Sequence record: SRR31156797_6672 | Strand: one strand, 5' to 3' | Length of the DNA stretch: 56,722 nt | Part shown: positions 19,504-31,500 of the stretch, piece after piece | Layout of the letters: the number at the start of each line of letters is the position of its first letter | Numbering within the stretch: position 1 is the first letter of the stretch | Translations under genes and position numbers: made by a program | Notes under the pieces: generated by a model | Database searches by the model: none | What the model was told of the DNA's origin: nothing | The model's input: the letters and a program-made list of their open reading frames with translations, nothing else

Positions 19504-22500
19504 CTATTGTTTGGTCACCCTTTCAACAAAGGTTTTTGTATTACCGGAAATATGTACCAGGTAAACACCATTGTTGTAATTAGAGAAATCAACTTCGGCG
19601 GTTGGTCCGGTAACTGATCCAGACCAGATTAACTGGCCTTGCATATTCAGAATTTGCACATCAAAGTCAGCCTCCTGGCCAAATTCAATGATCAGATTGT
19701 GCTTAACAGGATTTGGATAAATATTGATGTCGGCGATGGTTCCGGGATCAGAAATTCCGGTAAAACCAGCCGTTTTAAGCGCCGAAATGCCATTGTCAGC
19801 AAAGTGTCCGCCTGATTGGAATTGTTCATCAAAAACCACAGCGAGTTCAGTCAATTCCATGTTTTCGCTATCCAACAGTACAAAACCCATCGGTTCACCC
19901 TCACCAAAGCCATCTTTCGTATCCGTGGTTGGATCATCGCCAAATGCTGAGATGCTTGTGTTTTCGCCGGTCCACTTAGTGAAACCAAAACTGTTTCCAT
20001 TGTTATCAACCACACCAATTAAATCTCCATCAACAATGCCCTTTACAGCTCCGGAAGGAATTGCAATCACATGTGATGTAGCAGAAGGCGTAACATCCAT
20101 CCAGATCGCGGGAGGAACTACCTCATAAGATGAAGGTTGGTATCCGGATTTTTGATCATCGCATGCCGGGAATGTAATACTTCCAGCGGTCTCCATGTAA
20201 ACGTAATATGCACTTCCATTTGTCAAATCAACCAACGTATTAATACCATAAATCGGCCAGAAAAGTTTCCAACCAGCCACTTCTTTCACCATTACCACCG
20301 AAGTACCTTCGAATAATTCCTCAACATTCACAGTGCATGAACTGAGCACCGGAATCAGGTTCCAGCCGGCATCCAAACTAAGTGTTGTATTGGCAAGTAT
20401 GTTTCCGGGTATATTGAGTGTTACCTCCTCAGTAACCTTAATTTTATATCCTTGCTGGTAATCCCACGTGCCAATGGTATTGAAGTTTTCAGCAGGCCAC
20501 CATGAATCTTCCATTGTTTGAAGTATGATCAATTCATCAAGCACAGGCGCAAACAATTCTTCAAGTTCAGTGTCCAGTGGATCAACCCAGGTTGAAATAC
20601 CTGACCAGCCTGCCGGAATTACTGTAACCTGACAACCATGTAGTGTAAGCGTGATGGCATCGGTTGTATTAACTGTACATGGGTCTATTGCAAATCCTGT
20701 GAGGGTAAGATCAACAAAACCTGTTGTGGCGTCGTTAGCGCCGGGTGTGTACACTGCATCTGCCAATCCGGCATCATCGAACACACCGTCACCCGATGTG
20801 GTCCATAACACACCACTTACGTTTTCAGCATTACCATTTAACTGGTATGGCGCATCCAAACATGCTTCATCGTCTTCACCGGCATTTACAACAGCGTGCT
20901 CGATAAAAGTTACTGATAAGCAATCCTGGTCGGCAACCGAACACGGATCGCAAGGTTGGGCGGTTACACAGATTTCGATCGTGCCAGCACCGATGTCAAA
21001 AATACCAGGGGTATAATCAGGAGTTAGTGACTGGTTATCATCAAAGGATCCGAAACCATTTGTTGTCCAGTTAACACCACAGGCATCTGTCACGGTCGCC
21101 GATAAATCAACGGTCTGGTCTTCACAAACAGATTGATCAGGACCGGCATCCACCGTTGGATTAGCCAGAATTGAAATAGTAAGACAATCTGTAACATTGG
21201 TTTCGCATGGGCTGCAGCTTACTGCTGTATAACAAAGTTCAACACTGCCTGTAGCAATGTCAGCATCACCCGGCGTATAGGTTGCATCTGTATTTGTTGG
21301 ATCATCAAAACCACCGTCGCCACTGGTTGTCCAGAAGAAATCACAGGCATTGGTGGCCGATCCGCTTAATTGTGCTGATTGGCTTTCACAGACGGTTTGG
21401 TCGTCTCCTGCTGCTACCGTTGCTTCCGGATGTAAGGTCAATGTCAGGCAGTCGATGTCAGAAACCGAACATGGATCACAAGAAAAGGCTTCAAGGCAAA
21501 GTTCAACAGACCCACTTGTAATATCATCTGTTCCCGGTGTATAGGATGCGTCGAGGTTTCCTGCAAAATCAAATTGTCCATCACCGTTAGTAGACCATAA
21601 CCAATCACATGCATTTAATGTATTACCACCAAGTGTGTAAGTTTCTCCAACACAAATATCAGCATCCTCACCGGCAATTGCTTGCGCTTCAGGTTGAATT
21701 GTGAGTGTTAAGCAACTGGTTATATTACCAAAACAAGGATCACAAGCGAAGGCCTCAAGACATATTTCTACACTACCCGCTGCAATATCAGCTATGCCGG
21801 GTGTATACATTGCGTTTGGTAAAGCAATATTATCAAATTCTCCATCGCCGTTGGTGCTCCAGATAAATCCACAGGCATCAGCAACGAACCCATCCAATTG
21901 AATGGACTGGTTTTCGCAAATTGTCTGATCATCGCCGGCAAAGGCAAATGGCGGTGGAGAAAAAGTTAGTGTCATACAATCCTCAAAAGACCCTGAACAT
22001 GGGTCGCAGGCGTCAGCGGTTAAACAAATCTCAACACTTCCATTGGCCAAATCCTCCATGGATGGGAAATAAGTTGCGTTAACCAATTCAGGATTATTAA
22101 AGTTACCTGTACCTGATGTGGTCCAGAGCAGGCCACAAGCATTTTCAGCCGAGCCGGATAATGTGTAACTTTCACCTTCACAAACTTCAGCATCCTCACC
22201 GGCATCAACAACCGGAGCGGCCTCAATAAATACATTCAGACAATCTTCATCCTGTATCTCACAGGGATCACAGGGTTCTGCAATCAGGCATAATGTAACA
22301 ACTCCATTTGCAATATCACTTGTTCCCGGACTATAGCTTGCATCAAGTAATCCAGGATTATCAAAGGTTCCACTCCCAATTGTGGACCACAACGATCCAC
22401 AGGCATTTTCCACCTCACCTGAAAGCTGAACAACTTCATCTTCACAAATTGTTAAATCCGAACCAGCAAGTGCCACAGGTGCCGGTTGGAAATAGATTGT

Positions 22501-25500
22501 CATACAATCCTGATCATCCGGACATGGATCACATCCTTGAGCCGTTAAACATAGCTGAACTGAACCCTGTGCAATATCTGTCGGGCCAGGAGTGTATGTT
22601 GCATTCTCCAATTCAGGATTATTGAAGTTGCCGTCGCCACTGGTTTCCCAAAGAGTACCACATGCTTCGGCTGCCGTACCTGAGAGCTGATAGGCTTCAT
22701 TTTCACAAACGGTTGCGTCCAGGCCTGCATCAGCTGCCGGGGTCATGTTAATCGTAATCATTATGCAATCCGTGGCATCATCGCAAGGTGCGCAACCTTC
22801 AGCAACAAGGCAAATTTCTACAGAACCTGTAAGCATGTCTTCAGCACCAGGGAAATATGTTGCGTCAAAGGCGGTGATGTTATCGAAAGTACCGTCACCG
22901 CTGGTAGTCCAATAGTTTCCACAGGCATTTTCTATAAAACCATCCAGCTGATAAGTGTCCCCTTCACAAATTACTGGGTCACCACCAGCAAATGCAGAGG
23001 GTGCAGAGATAATGGTAAGGGTCATACAATCCTGGTCGCCCTGGCTGGCAGGAGGAACTGGTTGTGCATCCAAACATAAAACTGCTGTTCCGTTTGTTAT
23101 GTCGAGGTTGCCAGGGAAATAAACCGGGTTAAGTGTTCCTGTATCGCTGAAAGTACCGTCGCCACTGGTAGTCCAGCTAAGCGAACTGTAATTATCGGCA
23201 GTTGCCAATTCAATAAAGAAATTACTGCTCTCACAAATGGTCGCATCCGGTCCGGCATCAACCACCGCAGGAGAACCTATAGATAATGTCAAACAATCTG
23301 TTGCGGTTGCCAAACAAGGATCAATGGGTTGAGCAGTAAGGCACAGTGTAACCATCCCGTTGTTAATATCAGTGTCACCTGGTGAATAAACCGGTGCAAT
23401 ATCGGTTGGATCATCAAATGCTCCGTCGCCATTTGTTGACCAGTTAAAAGATGAAGCATTCTCTACTGTAGCATCCGTTACCTGGTAATCATCACCTGCA
23501 AGAATAGTAGCATCTGCTCCGGACTCAACAAGGGGTAACAGTGCAAAGCTTAGGATGATATCATCGGAAATAACACTGGTGCATGGTGCACAAGCATCTA
23601 CAGATAGTGTTAGCACAACCAGACCATTTTCGATATCCAGGATGCCGGGAGTATAAGAAGCATTCGGCGCAACCGGATTATCAAAAGTACCATCACCGGA
23701 TGATGTCCATTGTGTGCCACATTGATTATCTGCAATACCTGCTAACTGATAGCCTTGATTCTCACAAATGGTGGCATCTACTCCGGCATCAACTACAGGT
23801 CCCGGGATAACTGTGAGCGTCATACAATCATTCGCCGGTGTTTCACAAGATCCGCAAGGCAATGCGGTAATACAAATTTCAACAGTTCCGGAAATGGCAT
23901 CCTGCGGCCCTGGATAATAAACAGCATTTAGAATGCTATTGTCGTTAAATGTACCATCGCCAGAGGTCTCCCACAGGAATGTACATGCATCCTGGGTAAT
24001 TGGTTCAAGCTGATACGTTTCAAAAGAACAAATTGTTCCATCATCACCGGCATCAACTGATGGGTCTGATACAAAGGAAAGCGTCATGCCCTCAGTCTGG
24101 AAATTTGTACATGGATTGCACGGGAATGCGAATAAGCTGATAACAACTGATCCATTGCTGTAATCCGCAGCACTTGGAATATAGGTGGTTTCCAGGGAGC
24201 CGGGATCTGAGAAGTTTCCTGAACCTGTGGTTTGCCAGAAGAATCCACATCCATGATCGAGGGTGGCATTAATGTCGTATGTGTCACCAATACATATACT
24301 TGCGTCCGGACCAGGATCTGGTTGTGGTAATAATTGCAGGGTTAGTGTCATACAATCGGTTGTCATTGCTGTACACGGTTCGCATGGTAGCGCAACCAGA
24401 CAAATTTCCACAAATCCGTTCTGAGCATCTTCCACCCCAGGTGTATAAGTAGGTGTTAGTGACGTGATATTATCAAAATCACCATCACCTTCCGTTTCCC
24501 AATAAAAATCGCAGTTGTTTCCTACACTTCCGGAAAGTGATGCCGTTTTGTTTTCACAGATTGTGATATCATTACCTGCATTTGCTTCAGGAGCATCGAG
24601 CAATAGCATTGTCATGCAATCGTTCGCATTCACCTGGCATGGGTTACATGCTAAGGCATCTATACAAATTTCAACGGATCCGTTAGCCATATCCTGTTCA
24701 CCAGGGGTGTATTGTGGTTGTAACAATCCATTATCATCGAAAGTACCATCGCCACTGGTAGTCCAGACAATGCCACAATAATTATCAGCACTTCCGTCAA
24801 GTGTATAAGGATCGTTTCCGCATAATGTAACATCATCACCTGCAGAGGCCGTTGGTTGGTAGGAAACAGTTAACACCATACAGTCTGTTGCGCTGATGGT
24901 TGCCGGTGGAACGGGTTCTGCAAGCATGCAAAGTACTGCGCTTCCGGTGGCAAGATCATTCGGTCCCATCGTATAAACGGGATTTACTGCTGTATTATCA
25001 TCGAAAACACCATCACCACTGGTAGTCCAGAGAATAGCGCTATAATTTTCAGCTGTTGCATCAATGATTAAGTATGCGAATTCCTCACATAGCGTAATAT
25101 CCGGGCCTGCTGTTATCACAGGCATAGAACCAATTTGAAGCAACATACAATCCTGAGCAACTAGCTGGCAAGGATCAACAGGTTGAGCAGTGAGACAGAG
25201 CTCAACTCCAAAATTGGCTTCATCCGCAGGTCCATGGTTATATGTTGGGTTTAAAACGGTGGGGTCATCAAAAGTACCGTCGCCACTGGTTTCCCAAAGC
25301 AATGCGGAATAATTATCAGCATCAGCATCTTCAAATACAAACGGGTTTCCAGCCAGTACACCGTCATCCGGGCCAGCAAAAGCAATTGGGCCGGGTTGGA
25401 AGAAGATGGTTAAACAATCCCCCGCACTTGCTGTACAAGGATCACAGGCCTGTCCTACCACACATATTTCAACTGAACCAGCTGCGTAATCTCCGGCCCC

Positions 25501-28500
25501 CGGAACATATGTTGGGTTTTGAGCAACAATGTTGTCAAATTCACCATCTCCGGATGTGTTCCAGGTAAATCCGCATGTGTTTTCAGCAAAGATATTTGCA
25601 GTATAAGATTCTCCCTCACAAAGTGTAACATCTGCTCCTGCATCCACCTCCGGAAGTATCTGGAAGCACAACACCATATCGTCCGATACAGAAACAGAAC
25701 AGGGATTAATTGGCAATGCCCCAAGTGTTAGGGTAACACATCCCAAATCAACATCAGCTGCTGTTGGTATATATAGCGGATTTAGCACACCAGGGTTGTC
25801 AAATTGTCCGGTACCATTCGTTGTCCATGAAAGTCCGTCATAATTTGAGGCAGTTACACCAACAAGTTGATATCTGCCATCTTCACAAATGGTCTGGTCA
25901 TCACCAGCGTTAACCATTGGCGATGGCTGTATGCTTATTAGCATGCAATCGGTATCTGACAATTCACAAGGTGAGCATGGATCACCAGTTAAGCATAACT
26001 CAACAAATCCATTCTGAATATCCTGTGTTCCCGGTGTGTAAACGGCATTGGGATCAGAAGCATTATTGAAGGCACCATCACCCTGTGTTTCCCATAAAAG
26101 CCCACAAGCATTTTCAACACTTCCACTTAGTTGGTAAGTGTCATCTTCGCATATTTCTGCATTCGGGCCTGCATTCGCTGTCGGAGCAGGAAGTATGGTA
26201 ACGGTCATGCAATCTGAATCGGGTAGGGTGCATGGATCGCAAGGTTCAGCATTGAGGCAAATTTGTGCAAAACCAAGCATCAGGTCAATTGAACCTGGTG
26301 TATATGCTGAATTCAAATCCTGCGAATCACTGAAAACACCATCTCCGGAGGTTGTCCATTCGAAACCACAAGCATCATTTACAGCGCCCTGCAAAGTTGC
26401 ACTACCCGTTTCACAAATCACCTGATCTTCACCCGCCAGGGCTTCAGGGGGTGACTGGAAGCAAAGTTCAAGCACATCAGATGTGCCTGTTGAACAAGGG
26501 TCTATTGGAGAAACAGTAACCTGCAATGTAACGCAACCAGAAATAAAGTCAAGGAACGTTGGTTCATAGGTTGCTTCAAGTACAAAGGGATCAATAAATT
26601 CACCCGTACCAGAGGTTGTTATCCATTGTACTACTCCATAATCTGAGCCTGAAGCACCGGTGGTAGTGAAATTATCACCTTCACAAACCGTGGCATCAGG
26701 GCCTGCTTCAATCGCCGGGTTGGGTTGGAATGACAAATTCATGCAGTCGCTCACACTTCCTGTTGCCGGAGGAATTGCTTCGGCAGTTATGCACAATTCA
26801 ACAACTCCAATGGCTAAGTCATTCTCACCTGGCGAATAAGTGGGTTGTTCCGCATTCGCATCATCAAAAGTACCGTCGCCGCTAGTTGTCCACAATATTG
26901 ACTGATAATTTTCTGCTGATGCTTCAGCAAGTACCAAACTTTCAGCTTCACAAATCACATGGTCGCCTCCGGCAGAAACAACCGGGTAAGGGCCTATCTC
27001 CAGTTCAAGGCAATCCATCGCCTCTGTTTGGCATGGATCCGCCGGCAATGCAGTAAGGCAAAGGCCAACAGAACCAGCGTTAACATCGCCGCTTCCCGGA
27101 GTATAAACCGGGTTTAGTGTTGCTGCATCATCAAATCCACCGTCACCATCTGTGGTCCATTGCAGCGCACTGTAATTTTCGGCAGTAGCCTGCTCTAAAG
27201 TGTAGGTTTGCCCTTCAGCAATTGCGACATCATCACCGGCAAATGCTTCAGGACCTTTTTGGATAAGCAGGGTTATACAGTCTGTTACACTTTCACTGCA
27301 TGGATCGCATGGCTGAACAGTAAGACATATTTCCACCGTTCCACTTTCAATATCGTTTGGTCCGGGAGTGTATACTGCATCGGCTATCGCCGGATTATCA
27401 AAATTACCATCACCGGTGGTTTCCCAAAGTAACCCACAAGTGTTTTCGATTGTTGGTGTCAGTCCCAGTACGTCATCTTCACAGATCGTTGCATCCTGAC
27501 CAGCGTTTACAACCGGCTGCAATTGGAAACAAAGTGTCCGATAGTCTTCCGCAACAGTCGTACAGGGGTTGAATGGCTGGGCATAAACACCAAGTGAAAT
27601 ACATCCTGCCTGATAATCGGTTAAGGATGGAGTGTAAACCGGATTAATAATTGTTTCGTCACTAAACGATCCTGATCCATCCACAGCAATCCAAAGAATT
27701 GCAGATTCATTTTCAACCGTTGCATCATTTATTTGAAGCGTTTCTTCTTCGCAAATTGTTTCGTCAACCCCAGCGAAAACTATTGGGTTTTTATCAATAG
27801 TCAATGTCATGCAGTCACTATAAGAGGCCAAACACGGATCGCATGGGAAGACTTCCAGGCAAAGGGTTGCTGCACCTGTTTCAATATCTGTAGCTCCAGG
27901 CGTATAATTTGCCATTACATCAGCAGGATCATCAAAATTTCCATCTCCTGAAGTTGTCCATAAAACTCCACAAGCATTTTCAACAATAGCATCGGTTGTA
28001 AAAATTTCGTCTTCACAAACGGCGTCATCTGCCCCGGCATCAACAGTCGGTTCAGGTTGGATAAAAATAGTTAAACAATCAAAAACTGCCTGGGTACACG
28101 GATCACAAGGAAGTGCATACAGACACACCTCAGCATTACCAGCACTGAGATCGCCGGAACCGGGATGATAAGCGGTAAATAAATTTGATTCATCATCAAA
28201 GGTACCATCCCCTTCTGTATCCCAATAAAAATCGCAGGCTTCAGTTACTTGTCCTGATAAATCATAAGCTGTGCCTTCACAAATTGTGACATCTTCGCCG
28301 GCAAGTGCCGTAGGCAATAGCTGGAAACACAAATTCATTTCGTCGGCTGCCTGAGTTGTACATGGGTCGATTGGTAATGCTGTAGCCTGAACGGTAACGC
28401 AACCCTGTGCATAGTCAGACGCTGATGGGAAGTATGTTGGTTTAAGTGCGCCATCATCACTAAACTGGCCTGATCCGTCAACCGTAATCCACAATAGACT

Positions 28501-31500
28501 TGCATAGTTTGAGGCAACAGTCTCGTTAAATAAATAATTCTCACCCTGGCAAATGGTCTGATCATCGCCAATAGCGATTGCCGGCTCATTCTGGATGGTA
28601 AGCACCATACAATTGTTTCCAACCACAGTTGATGGTGGAACGGGCTGGGCAGTTATGCAAAGTTCAACAGATCCTGCAGACTGGTCGCCGGTTCCGGGAT
28701 AATAGACAGGTTGAGTTGTTGTGACATCGCTGAAAGTACCGTCGCCATTGGTGTTCCAAAGTATAGAAAGATAATTTTCTGCTGTTGCCTGATCCAGAGA
28801 ATATGCTGACCCTTCACATACTGTGGCATCAGGCCCTGCATATACGTTGGGTGCCAATCCGATTACAAGCGTCAGGCAATCCTCATCGGCTAGCTGACAG
28901 GGAGTAATCGGTTCTGCGGTAAGACAAAGCTCAACCGAACCATTCTGCTCGTCTCCAATTCCAGGTGTATAGATAACATTTAATATATTGTTGTCGTTAA
29001 AAGTGCCGTCTCCATTAGATTCCCAGTAGAAATTGCTGAAGTTTTCAACCGATGCGTCCGTGTTGGTGTAAGATTCGCCCTCGGCAATGGTAGCATCATC
29101 TCCGGCATTTGCCTGTGGTTTAGGCTGAATGGTAATGGTCATTTCATCCTGAACTGAGCCCAGACAAGGATCCATGGCTTGCGCAACAATGGTAAGTGTT
29201 ACCGAGCCAATGTTCAAATCATTAGGGCCATGTGTATAGGTTGGGTTTTCAATAGAAGCATTGTCAAATCCACCATCACCACTACTTAACCATTGCAATG
29301 AGGCGTAATTATCTGCACTTGATGAAGCCAACAGGTAGCCTTCATCTTCACATACTGAAGCATCAGGTCCTGCATCCGCCTGAGGAGGTGCCTGGAAACA
29401 CAATTCCATGATATCGCTGGAACTCACCAGGCACGGTGAGTTGGGCAGTGCTTCTATTTGAAGTGAAATGCATCCTTGTTGGATATCAATTAATGAGGGT
29501 ATGTATGTTGGGTTCACTATATTTTCGTTGTCAAAAGTCCCGGATCCATTAAGTGTTGCCCACTGAACCGTTGAATAATTTTCAGCACTTGCTTCTGAAA
29601 GTGTAAATGTTTCCCCTTCGCAAATTGTTGCGTCCGGGCCGGCAGAGGCCAATGGTGACTTTTCAATGGTAATATTCAGGCAGCTAATGGCATCAACTTC
29701 ACAGGGATCACAAGCATAGGCCGTTAAACAAATTTCGAGCCCGCCAGTTTCAATATCATTTGCCCCTGGATAGTAGGTTGTTCCCAGACTGGTATTATCA
29801 TCAAAAGTACCGTCGCCACCGGAGGTCCACAGAAACCCACAATAATTATCTGCGGTTGCATTTAATAGCGCATTTTCACCTTCACAAAGAGAAATATCAT
29901 TTCCGGCATCAGCTGAAACCTGCTTTTGAATAAAAACAGTCATACAATCATCGGCATTGGTATTGCACGGATCACAGGCTGTTGCAAAAATGCATAGCTC
30001 AACCTGTCCGTTTTCAATATCCTGTGCGCCAGGAGTGTATTGAGGAACAATTGCTGTTGCGTCATTAAAAGAGCCATCCCCTGTGGTTGTCCACAATAAA
30101 TCACAATAATGATCAGCGGCAGAAGTTGGCGAAACCTGATCTCCCTCACAAATGGTTACATCCGAACCCGCATCAGCAGTTGGGTTTTTCTGAATAGCAA
30201 GATCAATACAATCAAATGCATCAACAAGACACGGATCGCATGCACTGGCGGTTAAGCATAACTCAACCAAACCGGCATTGATATCAGCAGTACCAGGAAA
30301 GTATTGTGCGCCGGGTGCTGATGCATTATCAAAGGTGCCGTCACCATCTGTCGTCCAGAGTAGTCCGCAATAATTTTCGGCATTTCCATTGAGCAAAATA
30401 TCTTCATCTTCGCAAACCGTTTGATTATTACCTGCATCGGCAAGTGGTTGTTTTCTGATTGTTAATGTCAGGCAATCAGACGGGTTTTGCACACATGGAT
30501 CACATGCTTCCGCCTCAAGACAAAGTTCTACTGTTCCGGTTGTGATGTCATCCTGACCGGGTGTATAAACCGGTACTAAAATTCCAACATTACTAAATGT
30601 TCCATCACCGTTTGTTGTCCACAACAAATTGCAATAATTATCAGCATCTCCCGGTGGTGAAATCGTTTCGCCCTGACAAATCGTAATGTCCTCGCCCACA
30701 GAAACTGATGGCGATTTTTGAATGGTAAGGGTTAAACAATCGAAGGCATCAACGGTGCAGGGGTCGCAAGCATCTGCCTGGATACAAATTTCAACTGTTC
30801 CCAGTAAAATATCATTATCGCCAGGATAATATGTTGTGCTTAATTCTGAAGGGTTTCCAAACGTACCGTCACCATCGCCGGACCAAAGAAGTCCACAATA
30901 ATTGTCAGCAACAGCACTAATGGGAACCGATTCCCCTTCGCAAATCGTGATGTCAGCTCCCACATCCACCGTTGGAGAAACAACAAATGTTGCGGTCAGT
31001 GCATCCTGTGCCGGTGTCTCGCAGGGATCATTCGGCCCCGCAACAAGGGTCAGGTCAACACTTCCATTGTCAACATCGGCCTGCGATGGGTTATAATTTG
31101 TATTTAAACTGCTGTTATCATCAAATGTGCCAGAACCAGATGTTATCCATTCCAAGCTGCTGTAGTTTTCAGCGGTTCCTGCAAGCACAACGACATCGGG
31201 CATGCAAACAGACTGATCTACCCCGGCATCTGCTGTAGGTGCCGGCGATATTGTTACACTAACATCGTCAGAAACAACGCTCAGTCCATCGTCAACCTCA
31301 ACAGTGTATGTGGTGTTTTCAGTTGGGTAAGCTACCGGATTTTGCAGATTTGAAGAAAATCCGGCAGGAACGGATGACCACGAGAATGAGTATGATTCGC
31401 TGCCTCCCGAGGCATCTGCAAATAGTTGAATGCCATCTCCTTCACATCCGGAATCCGGATTGGCTGACGCGGTAACTTCAAGTAGCCCGGTTAAAATTTG

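Noticed and set aside
20641-31239. Periodic recurrence of motifs such as AAAGTACCGTCGCC as a possible CRISPR or DNA tandem array
   Set aside because: The ~265-bp period is in frame and explained by protein repeats with synonymous divergence; no cas genes and no identical repeats.
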